NCBI RefSeq assembly: GCF_020745735.1
Contig: NC_083435.1
Coordinates: 36,977,090-37,041,089, forward strand
Length of the DNA: 64,000 nt
DNA from: Hemiscyllium ocellatum
Taxonomy: Eukaryota
Direction of reading: 5' to 3'
Shown here piece after piece: positions 12,464-25,400 of the stretch. Both the position numbers and the translations under genes were made by a program. The number at the start of each line of letters is the position of its first letter. Within the stretch, counting starts at the first letter, position 1. A model generated the notes under the pieces. The model saw nothing but the letters and a program-made list of their open reading frames with translations. It had not been told where the DNA came from and ran no database searches.

Positions 12464-14292
12464 GACTCCCTCTTCCAAGTCATTAATAAAAATTACAAAC
12501 AGCAGAGGACCCAGAACTGATCCCTGTGGAACTCCATTTGTGACTGGGCTCCAGGCTGAATATTTACCATCTACCACCACTCTCTGACTTCGACCGGTTA
12601 GCCAGTTCTCTATCCAACTGGCCAAATTTCCCACTGTCCCATGCCTCCTGACTTTCCGCATAAGCCTACCATGGGGAACCTTATCAAATGCCTTACTAAA
12701 TGCCTTATCAAATGCCTTACTACATTTTGGACGATAACCTGGTGTTGTGCAATCTTTTAGATTGGGTTGCAGGTTTCAGAGGGTCCCAGACTATGGGCCA
12801 CAAAATCTTCTTGATGGAGCAACACCGCCACCTGCTGCCTAACAACGGGATTCCATGGGTTTGTTCATCTCCTGCATTACCGGCGGTGGACAGTTGGTGG
12901 CGGTATTGTCCGTCTTCCACCATTCAAACCCACACAATGGAGTTAATGTACTTCTTTCAAGCCACCGCACTGCCATCGTTGATTATGATGCATCTCTCTA
13001 AACACAATTTGTCAAATAAAAATCAGACATTCTACAGACATGATCCTGAACTTCCAGTCACATCGTTTTAATTGTCCCAATCTCACTTCAACTTCGATTT
13101 GAACAAATCAGATTTACAAATGCCACAGGGACATATAATAGGACAGCAAATTATTGCAGCTACTGGAAACCTGAAATATAAATTCAAAACTCTGGAAATC
13201 CCCAGCAGGTCAGGCAGTATCTGTAATGAGAAAAAGACAGTCAAGGTCTCAGGTTCAACATCTGCACCAATCCTGAAGAAGGGTCTTGTTTCTCCCTGCA
13301 CAGATACTGAGAGACATGCTGAGCATTGTCAACACTTGGCATTTCTCCTGAAGCAAAACAACCTGTTTGTCCATCCTGCAAAAAGCCATCAGAGCTCCTC
13401 ATTCTCCAACAGCAAGAAACCCAGAGGCAGCTGCTTGAGGTCTCGTTTAGCACAATTTTAAACTTTAATTTTATATCATGTTAATGTATGAAGTAAACAT
13501 TCACAACTTGCTCAGCAATCAAACTAGACAAAGCATTAAATTGATAGCTTGTTACAAATTGAGTAATTGATAAAAATAACCAATGAAATGTGTGAAGGTG
13601 CAGAGCGAACTAAAAATCTTTCTTATCATTTTGCTTAAGAAGCAGAGCTGGAAGGGGACAGCCTGAGGCTCAGATCTGGGTCATCAGGGAGGGGGAGGAG
13701 ATTCAATAAGGAGTTGGGTTTAAGTAACGCTGAGTTGACATTCTCCTCTGGTGGTGCACTCTCTGAGCTGCTGTCGATGGAATTCATACAAAAAAAGGTG
13801 TAGGAAGTGGTTTTCCCTCCCACCTGGGTTTTCTCCCCCTCCTGGTCCAGGGTTCACACAGTGGGTCACACACCAACAGTCCCCTACTCCCACATTATAC
13901 CATTGTGAAGGAGAAGGTTGATTGGGGAGATGGTTGACTCAGGGCCTCACACCAGCCAGAAACAGTCCATTTTTAATTTTCTTGAAATAGTGTACACGTG
14001 GTCAGGTCAAGTTCAAATGAAAAATAATTTTGGTAACTTACTGGGAATATACTTGATAAGAGCATTGCAAGTGTATCACAGAAATACAACATTTGCTGTC
14101 ACCAAAACAGAGAAAATGAGTTTGTAAATTAAACAGAAAGCGAGGAATGAAGAAATATGAAGAGCTAATAATGACATTGATCGGCCAACGATCATCACTA
14201 TTATTCATGGTCAGTATTCAGTTATGTTTCAATCATCAATCAGATAATTAGTGAATTACAAACAGGAAGGACCTAAAAGAGAAATATTCAAA

Positions 14293-14400
14293 TGGTCACG
14301 GTCCACTCGTGATAGAGAGATATTGGAATGATCACCGTCCACTCGTGATAGAGAGATATTGGAATGGTCACCATCCACTCGTGATAGAGAGATACTTTTG
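14293..14400 (+). repeat. 36-bp tandem repeat x3
   Basis: Unit ggtcacggtccactcgtgatagagagatattggaat. Single copy at the homologous site of gene B (about 54510-54540). Confidence 0.9.
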
Positions 14401-15085
14401 AATCAGGGTGTATGGATATATTGTGAAACCTATGGAGCAGCTGAGCATTCTGGGATATGACCATTGCCTCACAAGAGCCCAACTCATTCTGTGTAATCTG
14501 TGATGAACAGATTGAACAACTAGAAAAAAATTTAAAATATTGCAGTAATCTGTGGATGTTGTACAGGAGGTAATAGGCAATTTAAAGAAATTTACCCTCA
14601 TCTCCATTCAGCCAGGCTCAGGGGAAGAGATTTCACAGCCCCACGCAGGGAGAGGGTCCTTGTAAATAACACACAGAGTCCGATCGTGGGTCAGTTCCTG
14701 TGGGAGGCTGACAGAGTGGTCACGGACAGACATGGACTACATCCCCCAGAGTGCAGCCTGTGATCAAAATAAATGACCACATGGAACGGGGCTGTCATTC
14801 CAGGACAGTGGGAATGTGAGAGCTGGAATTCTGACCTGGATCAGAGAGCCTGTTCCTTATCTGCTCCAGGTTGGGGTGTGAGAAAGGTGTGAGCTACTGG
14901 AGAAAGAGTCAGTGCTGCCTGAGTCTGGGACCCTCTGACAGCACAGACCCTGGGGATCAGCACCGTGTGTGACCCCCCTCACCCTGGGCCTGACTCAGGA
15001 TCCCCATTCACCTTTGATCAGATTGTTTCTCAGTTTCAGTTAAGAATTAATGATTGATCCTTGATTCTTATTGGGTTAGTGACAG

Positions 15086-15361
15086 GAATTCACACCTTTC
15101 AATGGTTTATTACTGTTGAGGTCAGTGATGGCGGCTCTGTGAAGGGATCGATGAGATTTGGAGCCAATGGAAAGGATTATATCAGTTTAGACCCAGACAG
15201 AATGAGATGGATCGTAACCAATCCCATTGCAGTGAAGACAAAAGAGGAATGGGATTCCGATGAATCCTGGAACAATTACTGGGAAACACAGCCGCATGGA
15301 CAGTTTGTTGAGCATTTGAAGAGATATTTGCAAGCTGGAAAGCAGGACTTTGGAAGGAAAG
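15086..15361 (+). CDS. Paralog A, MHC class I alpha2 exon (no cysteines)
   Basis: gacag|GA...AAA G|gtgtgt, 276 nt, open. 61/92 aa identical to gene B alpha2. The polypyrimidine tract is weak. Confidence 0.9.
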
Positions 15362-15478
15362 GTGTGTATTTCAGTTTTGATCCCATGTTCTGATCTAACC
15401 TCACTGATCTATGAAACCGTTCTCCCATTCCATTCAGTGTCTGTCTGTTGTTTGTGTTTTCCCCCTTTCCCATCACAG

Positions 15479-15757
15479 TTCAGCCTGAAGTGTTCATCTC
15501 CAGGAGGGAGCCCAATGGTCAGGACAAGCCGCTCACTCTCTCCTGCCTGGTCACTGGGTTTGATCCTGTAGACATCGAGGTGACCTGGGTAAGGAATGGA
15601 GAGGTCATGTCTGAGACCCAATCCTCAGGGGTTCGACCGAACCACGATGGGACCCATCAGATCCAGAAAGAGATTGAGATCAATGCTGGGGATGAGGATC
15701 AATACTCCTGTCAAATTGAACACAGCAGCCTGGCAGAGGCCCAGCTCTATCAGTGGG
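15479..15757 (+). CDS. Paralog A, alpha3 Ig C1-set exon
   Basis: catcacag|TT...TGG G|gtaagg, 279 nt, open. 7 nt differences from gene B alpha3. Has FDP in place of the canonical FYP. Confidence 0.93.
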
Positions 15758-15770
15758 GTAAGGCACTGGA

Positions 15771-15773
15771 GTG

Positions 15774-15817
<44 letters not shown>

Positions 15818-15853
15818 TGTCTGTGTATGTGTGTCTGTCTGTGTGTGTATGTG
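15771..15853 (+). repeat. (GT)n microsatellite
   Basis: Direct reading; 13 nt downstream of the alpha3 donor. Confidence 0.98.
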
Positions 15854-16199
15854 AGTCCAGATGGCTGCAGGGTTCCCCAGCAGAAAATGAAGTGCTGTCC
15901 TTCCAGCTTGTGCTGAGCTTCCCTGGTGCACTGCAGCAAGCCTGAGACAGAGATGTTGCCCAGGGAACAGGGTGCTGTGTTGTAGTGATAGGAACTGAAA
16001 TCTCCAGGTCGTTTTTGTGACGCGAGCATGGGGTTGTGTGGAGTAGTCACCCAGTGTCCGCTTTGTTTCCCCAATGTAGAGGGGACCACAGTCTCAGCAG
16101 TGAATACAGTCACCGGGATTGAGTGGAATGCTTCACCTGGAAGGTGTGTTTTGATTCTGGGACACGGAGGACAGTGGAAGTAAATGGGTAGGTGACACA

Positions 16200-17790
16200 C
16201 CTTCTGCCATTGCAGGGAAAAGTGCTGTGTTGCTGTGGGGGGAGGGGGATGTGGAGGTCAGTGGGGGGATTGGGGAGGGGGTTGGGAGTGAAGAAGGAAT
16301 GGACCAGGGTTTCTGAGAGGGATTGGCCCCTCTAGAAGGTAGGGAAGGGTCAGGCAGTGGGATGTGGGTTTGGTGCTGGCATCCTGCTGGAGGTGGAAAT
16401 GGCAGCTAATGATCCTCTGGATGTAGATGGTGGTGGGACGGTGGGTGAAGACAAGGGGACCCTATCACTGTTGTGGGAAGAGGGGGGGGGGGGTGAGGGC
16501 CGAAGTGTGGGAGATGGGTCAGACCCGGCCAACTGTCCTGTCAACCATGGTGTTGGGAATTCCTCGGCTGAGGAAGAAGATGGACATTTCTGAGGCCATC
16601 TTGTCGAAGTTGGCATCATTCAAACAGATGCAGTGGAGACAAAGTCACTCAGAGAACAGGACAGTCTTTACAGGAAGCAGGATGTGAGGGTGTCCAGTCA
16701 AGGGACCTGTGGGACTCGGTGGGTTTGCAGTGGGTATTGTCACCAGGCTCTCCCAGAAATGGAAACAGGTGTTAAGGAAGGGAAGGGAGGAGTCAGAGAT
16801 GGACCAAGTGAGGGGGAGAGCAGGGTGGAAACTGAAAGGGAAATTGATAAACTTGATAAACCAATTCTGGACAAGGGAGGGAAGCAGCATTGGTGATATC
16901 ATTGACATACCGGAGAAACAGTTGTGATGGAGGCCAGAATAAGGGTGGAACAAGGAATGTCCCAAGAGGCAGGCATGTGGATATGTCTGGTACACATACC
17001 TTTGACCTGAAGAAAGAGTTGAGGGAAGTTTTAAGGACAGGCTTGGCCAGGAGGAGGGTGGTGATGGATGGAGATGGTTCCGACCATTTTACCAGGAAGA
17101 CTAGGAGAGCCCAGAGACCATCCTGATTGGGGGGTGGACGTGTACAAGGGGACGATACATCCAAGGTGAAGGGGAGGTGGCCACAGCCCATGAACTGGAA
17201 ATTCTGAAACTGACATAAAGCAGAGGAATGGCGGGTGTAAGGGGGAAGGGACTGGACAAGGGCAGATCACAAAACAAAGTTGAGGAAGGATAAGATGGTT
17301 CCTGTGCAGCTGAAGCAGTGAGTCTGCCCAATCTGCCCAGTGTGGGGATTTTGGGAAGGAGGTAGAAGTGAGATGTGTGGAGTTAGGAGACTATGAGCTT
17401 GGATACACAGAGGGTGAGATTCTTGGATGAGATGAGGTTGGTGAACATTGTGGACACAATGCACTGTTGTACCAATGGTAGGGTCATGGGTCAGGGGGAG
17501 ATAGGAGGAGGGACCAGAGAGCTGGTGCTCATCCTGTGCAATGCAGAGATCAGTACACCAGGCAACAACCACAGGGCTGAGCCAGCATGAGGCGCTGCTG
17601 TTGGACAGAGGTTGGGAATATGCATCTGGCGATGTATGACACTGAGTGTGGATCTCAGGAAATGATGAGAACAGCTGTCAGGGGACCGTTGAACAGCACA
17701 GAGATACCTGTGATGCTGGATGGATTCAACACAAAGGATGGAACTGGAGTTGGAATCCACGTGGGGGGAGTCTGAGCCAGAGGCTGTCTC
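16200..17790 (-). mobile_element. Degraded Penelope-like element
   Basis: Minus-strand SYLPLTHDPT and YLLPKI-like RT N-terminal motifs. Confidence 0.7.
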
Positions 17791-18333
17791 TGAGAAATAT
17801 GATGTGATTGTGGATAGGGGTTTTCACAAATACCTTGCCCAACACCAGGAGTGACAGCAAAATTATCAGTGGTGAAAGATTGGAATGGAAATCCTGTCAG
17901 AGAGAGGAGCAGCACTTCTTCAAATTGGCTATGTACAATAGCAGCTGATGTGATAACAAGGCCTGGTATGTGGGGGTGGGGAAAAGTGACATTTACCTTG
18001 GATCCATTTATGTATCTGTGACATTTTCACTCTCTCAGATCCCTGTTTCACCCTCCCAGACACTTAAAACCTCTCAAAATAATTCCCTCCCCACTCTGAA
18101 GTGATTGCCTCGTGTCTGTCCATACCTGAACTTGTAGGTTTCCTGGGCTCCACTGCAGGACATTCCCGGAGCCTCATTGCGGGATAACAGGATTCTCCTG
18201 TTTCAGTGTGAACATGAACATCATTGTCAATCCTTCTATATCACAGCAAACACAGAATTACAGCTCATTGTGCACACCCAGTTCTTTCAGAATTGAGATA
18301 AAGTTTTTTTTTCCTGGGAATGTGTTTCCACAG

Positions 18334-18970
18334 ATTGATCAGTGGAGCCTGGATCCATGGGTTTGGGAAGTGATTCTTCAAGTGAGACCTACATCAGTCA
18401 TTCTTCTGTCCTATCTCAGAAATGTGAGCAGTGTCACCGTCAGAGGGATCTTCACAGATAGTTTCTCCCTCACACTTTCTCATCTTCACTGTCTTCAGTT
18501 AGCCGATGGGGAGGTGATGGCACGGTATTGTCACTGCACAGTTAGTCCAGAGACCCAGCTAATGTCCCAGGGACCCAAGTTCAAATCCTGCTATGCCAGG
18601 TAGTGGAATTTGGATTCAATAAAAATCAGGAATTAAGAGTCTGCTGATGACTATGAATTCATTGTGTATTGTTGGGAAAAACCCATCTGACTAATGTCCC
18701 TGAGAGAAGGAAAGTGCAATCCTGGTCTGCATGTGACTCCAGTCCCACAGCAATGTGATTGACTTTAACTTCCTTCTGGGCAGTTCGATAAATGGTGGCT
18801 TCATCCCCTGAATGAATTAAGAAAGGTTATTTGACTTTAGGTATGATCATTTTTAAATGCCTGAAATGAAGCAATCTCCTGAGGCTACTCAGAGGTGTAT
18901 TTTATATTGGAAGAAACCCCTCTATTTATGTAGAAAAATTGGGATTCTTTTGTGAATATCTGAATAAATG
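18334..18970 (+). other. Paralog A terminal exon
   Basis: tgtgtttccacag|AT TGA, homologous to 43822 downward. SINE inserted at about 18505-18815. AATAAA at 18963-18968. Confidence 0.55.
18505..18815 (+). mobile_element. tRNA-derived SINE with Deu-type core and L2-like tail
   Basis: A/B-box-like head, central aatccagagaccca...gttcaaatcc, 3' tail ending gaatgaat. Confidence 0.65.
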
Positions 18971-19479
18971 TTATAGCTGTCTTTATATTGAGAAAATACT
19001 AGTTATATTAGTATTCTGTTTTATTTTAATCTGTTTTGATTTAAAAGTGATCATACCTAAATTCAAACAACCTTTATTTTATCATGTTAATGTATTTAAG
19101 GTAACAAAATCTGTAACTATTTATCAATGTTTAACTAAAATACAGATAATTGTGGTTTCTAAATCAATAAAAAAATTGTCAGTGGTTGATTTATTTGAAT
19201 TAAGCAACGATTTGTCAGGAAAGGTTTAATTCATTCCCTCAGCAGCTTGTGGCTCTTGGAATCAGCAGATGTTGAGCTTCAATTCAATGTGAACTGGGGG
19301 AGTTATGACCATCCAACTCCCCAACAAGCCTTCCCCAAACTAACCAGGAAGCTCAAAGTTTATTTAATGTGTGTTCTGAACTCGATAGTTGATCATGTCT
19401 CTAAGTATTCATTCCCCAAGGTGGCATGTCCTTTCTGAAAGATCTGACTGTGTGAAGAGACAATTAAACAGCTATTGGG

Positions 19480-20135
19480 AATCAGCAATACTTCACAGGA
19501 ACAAAAATACAAATTGTTTCAGAAACTCAACAGTGTCTGTGGAGAGAAAGAAAAATTAATGCTTTGGGTCCACCCAGTGATTTCAGTGCTGATGGTAGCT
19601 AGGAAAGGAAAATGTTCACACTGATATCCGTGTTGGAGGTCTGAGGGGTGTAAAGGAGTAAGCGACAGGTGGAGATGGAGCCAGAGAGAGAGAAACACAG
19701 TTAGGCAGACAAATGATGGATAATTCTAAATCAGGCAAGGAGAGAAACTGAAAATGGAGACCACAACTGGGTGAAAAATGATTTGGCTGTGCTGAAAGCA
19801 GCCCATGTTATGACAGGGCTTGGGGTGTGGGGATGTGGGGAAGGACATGGAAAAAGGTGCTGACGCCCAAAAGATATTGAGTCCTGAAGGCTGCAGAGCC
19901 CCCAAGTGCAAAATGAAATGGTGTTCTTCCATGTTGCGTTTAGTCCCACTGGAGTACTTCAGTGAGCCCAGGACAGAAATATTAGCCAGGGAACATGGTG
20001 GGGTATTGAAGGGGCAGGCAGCTGGAACATCAGGGTCACTTTTGCAGGCAGAATGTAGGTGTTCTGTAATGTGGCCGGCCAATCTGCATGTTACTTCCTC
20101 AATGTGGAGGAAGCCACATTGTGAGCAACTTCACT
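19480..20135 (-). mobile_element. Penelope-like 3' fragment (GIY-YIG region and terminal repeat)
   Basis: Minus-strand EHLHS...EEHHFILHLGALQPSGLNI. Confidence 0.7.
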
Positions 20136-20879
20136 GACTGGTGATCCAGCAGCTATTGGAGGGAGGAAAGGGCAGGCTCACCAGCTGAATGTTTCACCCA
20201 GGGCTGAGCACACAAGCTTCTGGGCTGGGACAGATGGAGAGGAACCTTCATTGTCAATGTTTCCTTCTGACAGGTGCTGCCTTTGGACACACCGCCTGGA
20301 GGGGTTGGGGTGGGGGCAATGTCAGCAGCCGAGGGGGGGTGAAAGGGGACCTGGAGAAGGCACTGAGCCCTGGGACACAGAGGGAAGTGAGACAGTAACT
20401 GAGTTGGAGGGGGAAGGGGAGTGATATCCAGATGAACAGGAAGGGGAGCACCCTGGGCTGGGAGGGCAGGTGAAGTGACACTATTACTCCTGATTTTGTT
20501 CCCTCTCAGAGTCCCCCAGCTATTCTCGAGCTGCACTGGCAGTGCAATGGAAGACCAGTAATTTTGAGACAGGTTAAAGAGTGTTTTTCACTGAGCTGAT
20601 AGCTCTCTGAAAGCAGTTGATGTTTGTCTCAGTGACACTGTTCTCCCTCGAACTACATCCCCAGCTCCTTTAGGTAAGCTGACCTGATGATGAAGGGACA
20701 TAGGATCAGTTGGCCTCATTCACAAAGAGCACAGTCTCACTCTTGCCTCAAATTTACCTTACCTCCTGAGAGCAGTCTAACCAGGTGCTCAGTCAATGCA
20801 CCAGCAGCAAATCTGAGCACAGGATGGTTCCATCCTCCATGTACAGGGAAGCTTTGAACTGAGTGCCTCCATTTCCTGG

Positions 20880-21890
20880 GACAGTCACTCTTCCTGATGG
20901 ACTTGGCAAAAAGGTTTGACAACACTTGATCAGAATCGACCAGCCAATCTTTGTGTCCTCCACAAAATACTTATCATTCCCACTTGCCACATTCTCATCA
21001 GCATCACTTATAAATAGCACAAATAAAAAGGGACCCAGCATGTGGTACACAATTCACACCAGACTCCAATCTCACAGACAGCTTAATACCATCACCTCAG
21101 TCTCTTGTCACCAAACCAACTTTAAATCCAATTTCCCAAAGTACCCTGGAAACCAAGACATTTGTATCAGTTTCCTGTGTGGGACCTTGTCAAAGGCCTT
21201 GTTGAAATCTGTATAATTGACATCAAGTGCCTGACCCTTATCCAAACTGTGGGTGACCTTCTTGGAAAGTTCAAAACAATTCATTAGGCATGACCTCCAT
21301 TTGACAAAGCCATGCTGATAACCCTCATCAAACCTTACCTCCCTAAATGGAGATTAGTTTCTTCCTTGGCCCTTTTCTGCAGCAGTTTCCTTGCCACTGA
21401 TGTTAGACTCACTTGTCTATAGTTCCATAGTCTATTCATACCACCCTACATTTGTACAGTGGAACCACATTAGCTGTCCTCCAGGTCTCTGGCCCCTCCC
21501 CTGTGGACAGAGATTATTTAAATATTTGAGTCAAGGCCCCTGTAATTGCCGCCCTTGCCTCCATGAGCAAATCTCACTCCATGAGGTATCACTTTATTCA
21601 TGGGATTATTGTGCGACACTGTAAAAGAGGCTTTTGGAAATTCCTGTGCATCACAACAACAACACTGCCCACATTAACCCCCTCTGTCATCTCTCCAAAA
21701 TCTCTAGTTATTACACATGGTTTCTTTTTTACAGGCATGATCTCTGCTCCCTCTGCACCATTCCCTCTCCCTATCCCAAGTCTAAGAAAGATTGAAACGA
21801 TGGCCATTGCATCTAAAATTTCCACATTCACATCTCTCAGTCTCATTGAATGCATCTCACCCAGTTTTGGAGCCTTATCCATTTTAAGTG
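20880..21890 (-). mobile_element. Old CR1 fragment
   Basis: Degraded RT: KY.EDTKIG and HSMRLRDV.VEILDAMAIV. Confidence 0.6.
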
Positions 21891-21892
21891 CA

Positions 21893-22450
21893 GACAGCCG
21901 ACCAAAAAAGACCCAGTACAACCCATGGACAAAACCAACGTCATCTACAAAATTCCTTACAAGGACTGCCACAAAAACTACGTAGGACAAACAGGAAGAA
22001 AGTTAGCCAACAGGATACATGAACATGAGCTAGCCACAAAAAGACACGACCCTCTCTCCCTCGTATCCCTACACACGGATGAAAAAAAACACCATTTCGA
22101 CTGGGACAACACACCTATCCTGGGACAGGCGAAGCAAAGACATGCCAGAGAATTCCTGGAGGTCTGGCACTCCAACCACAACGCCATAAACAACTGCATA
22201 GATCTAGGTGCCATCTATCAACCCCTCAGAAAAGGAACAGGAAATGACATCACCACAAACCCCAGGAACCCCATCCAGGAGAAAGATATAAATAGAAAAC
22301 AGGAGACAACAGCTTCGCTTCACTTGGAGGTCACCACTGATGATGTTACCGAGCCAGGTAATAAAACTTCTGGGTATCAAACCTACAGCTCAGCGAGCAA
22401 ACCTACACCCTAAACCTCAACCTGAGCTACAACCTTCACAAACCTTGCAA
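21893..22450 (+). mobile_element. Penelope-like element, GIY-YIG endonuclease end
   Basis: NVIYKIP.KDC.K.YVGQTGRKL..RIHEH...FDWDNT.ILGQAK..HAREFLE.WHS; degenerate hammerhead near 22335-22370. Confidence 0.9.
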
Positions 22451-25400
22451 AAACCTACCATTAATTCATCAATTTTAACCCTTTCAAGTACCTGATCCAG
22501 TTCTTTCACCATGGCCTTGGGCAGCACCTTCTTCGGTAAAGACCAACACAACCCATTCATTTAGCCCCTCAGCCTTCCTCCATTCTTCACAAGTGTACAT
22601 CCCCTCTGTGTTTCCAAATTGTTCTCCCTTCTGATTTTCTTATTTATATACCAAGAAGATTTATGGAATACATGCTTAGTTGGCTACCTTTTTCATACTT
22701 CTGTTATGCTTCTCGCATTCACTTTGTTACCTTGTTCTGAAAGATTCAAAGCAGTTCTCAGTTGTATGTTGTATTTGCCACAATCATAAATACACTTCCT
22801 TATTTATCAGTATTTTGACATCTTTTGCCAACCAGGAAGCTGTATTTCATTTTGCCCGACTTTTACTACTGAGAAAACACACTTGTTTGTGCCTGAAATG
22901 CCCCCTCTTCATTCAACTGTGATTTTCCTCCCAATCTTTGACTCCAGTTTGTCTTTATAGATACATTGCTACCCCCATTAAACTGGCATTCCCACAATTG
23001 TTCTTATTAACATCAGAATAGGAGTACACCAACTCGATCTGCTCAGTTGTTCAGTATGATCATGTCTGATTGAACAATGCAATACATTTTACTCACCTCA
23101 TTCCCAAAACCATGTATGCCATTAGAAACCAAATTTATCAATCTGTGATCTGAACAAACTCAGGCTGAGCATCCTCCAAGTATGATTCACAACTCTTCAT
23201 AAAACAAACTCATCACATTGGACCTTAATCGCATCTGCCTTATTTTTCCCCACTTGTGTCATTCAGTTCTGGTTTCCCCATCAGGCCATACACACTACAG
23301 TACATCTATTAGCTCTCTTTTATCAAGTTTGGTTTTGCAAACCTCAAGCAAATTTGACAACACTTTGTGCTTTCCAAATACAAATTCATTTTATCATAAA
23401 TATATAGTAGAGAAAATGTTAGATTTCAAAGTCTAATCAGCTTCTGTTTCTCTGTTTTATTTCTCACTCTCTTCTAAAATAACCATGTGATTTTGCTATC
23501 TTCCAGTCAAAAGGAATAGAAACTTAAGGTATTCATGAATGCTTCAAATATTTCAACATCCAACTCCTTCAATACTTTGAAATGAAGAATATCAAGCTTT
23601 GAGGTTTAATAATTTTCAGCCTCATTAATTTCTGCTGTACAATCTTATTACTAATATTACTTCCCTCTAACTCCATTCTCCTTGGTGACTTAGATTTCTA
23701 CTTCTTGGAGACTGCTGGTATCTTCCTCAGTGAAGACAAACATAAGATATTCCTTTAGTTTCTCTTCTGTTTCTCTGTTCTCCATTTTAAAGTCTCTTGA
23801 CTCTCCTTTTAATGAACCCACCTTTGGGTTGGCCAAGCTTTCCCTTTTATATATGACAAAGGCTGAGTGCAGTGAATTGTATTCTCCTGCTGCTTCACAG
23901 TATTTGCATCTTATTTGTTGTATTCTCCAAACCTTCCAATACTCAGAATTACTGTTATTTCTGACAATTTTATAGGCCTTTGTTTGTTTTTTCTCTGAGT
24001 TCTGAACTTCTTTTGACAGGCTGGTTGATGTATTTTCTTTCTTTATTGCACATTGACAGAATGCATACTGGCTGCAAGTTATGTGATAGTCCTTTAATGA
24101 CTGTCCATCGCTTATGTAGAGTCATGCCGTTTATTGTATTTTTCAACTTCACCAAAACTAATTTGGACCTCAGGTCTTCATAATTTGCCTTATGTGAAAA
24201 TTAACACCCTTGCTAGAATGCTACCATGATTATAAAGATTATATAACATTCTGTCGTTTTAAGATCACTCATTCTTGAAGTTTTTTTTAAATAATAACAA
24301 GGTTATTAATTAACAATTTCTTCTTACAAAATACTAGATCTGAAATAAAACATCCTCTCATTGACCCTCCAGCATTGTGTTTGAGAAAACCACCCGACAA
24401 AGACTCCACAATCTCGTTCTTCAGAGCTTCGGCGTTCAACTGTGTTTTGTTTTCTCATTATATGTGCTGGTAGAAGTCACTCATGGCAACTTAGATGTCC
24501 ATGTGACATAACGCTCTCATGTCCTGATGAAAATCATGCCACATCTCGCCAACCTTCCCCCCGCCCTCCCCGCTATCTGGTGGCCTCGAAATGAATCTAA
24601 CTAACGTCTTCTGCCCCCTGCTATCTTTCAGCAGCATCTGAACAGACTCCACACACCACTCCCGATCCGAGCTGTTCCCTTGGTAATTCATTGATGGCAT
24701 CCCGTAATATTGTTGTAACACAACCACTCTTTACAACTCGTCATCTATTCCGAATCTTCGAATTTCCTTGGCTATTCAGTTCCCCGTTCTGCGAAACATG
24801 TGACCTTTATTTCTGTAATAGCAATTAGCTCATAGTGAGCTCTGTTCGAACGTTTCGCTTAATTGAAACTGAAAAATGTGTTGCTGGCTTATGTCCAAAA
24901 CGTCGATTCTCCTCCTTGGATGCTGCCTAACCTGCTGCGCTTTTCCAGCAACACATTTTTCAGCTCTGATTTCCAGCATCTGCAGTCCTCACTTTCTCCG
25001 TTTTGCTTGATAGCCTTGCTGTGAATGTTCTATCCATTCGGGGGGAGTGCTATTAACTTTACCTTTTTGACACCATTTCACTTTCACACCATACTCGATG
25101 TTCAGCTCTCTGTCCTGCCTTCTCGACTGCCTTGCTTTTGTTCTGCTTATTGTTGTCAAAATTACTTCCCTCCAATTAGATTTGTATCCCGCGATGAGCT
25201 GGTTTAAACCCACACTAACAACTCTCGGAAATCTCGCTGTGGGGATATCAGCTCCTGCACAGTTAAAGGTGTAATCCGCCCAGCAGGTGCTCGCGGAACA
25301 TTTACACTTCATTGTTCTTTACACTACCGCTATTCAATTATAATTTGGTTCCAAATTTTATTAATTAAAAACCACCATCTCCCTGCCCACGCTCCATATC

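Larger units (their letters stand above)
11346..12720 (-). mobile_element. 5'-truncated CR1 LINE inserted in a Penelope-type terminal repeat
   Basis: RT motifs [28 protein letters not shown]; (agaacat)n tail. The host repeat is split between 11305-11345 and 12725-12760, with TACAT at both junctions. Confidence 0.9.
14030..18970 (+). pseudogene. Paralog A: truncated class I gene (alpha2, alpha3, terminal exon; no TM, cytoplasmic exons, leader or alpha1 seen)
   Basis: Homology to gene B runs from about 14030 (intron 2) to 15757, then resumes at about 17990. The interval holds a microsatellite and Penelope debris but no TM exon. Could alternatively be a secreted form (see findings). Confidence 0.65.

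Noticed and set aside
13635-13823. Ser/Pro-rich minus-strand ORF resembling a C-terminal exon
   Set aside because: No upstream exons on that strand and no recognisable homology.
14288-14482. SLYHEWTVTI repeat resembling an alpha1 N-terminus
   Set aside because: It is the antisense reading of a 36-bp intronic VNTR. The true alpha1 is at 60164-60424 and unrelated.
20510-20557. 48-nt exon-like segment reading SPSYSRAALAVQWKT
   Set aside because: It has AG/GT ends and a YSRA motif but no homology to gene B exons and no supporting neighbours.
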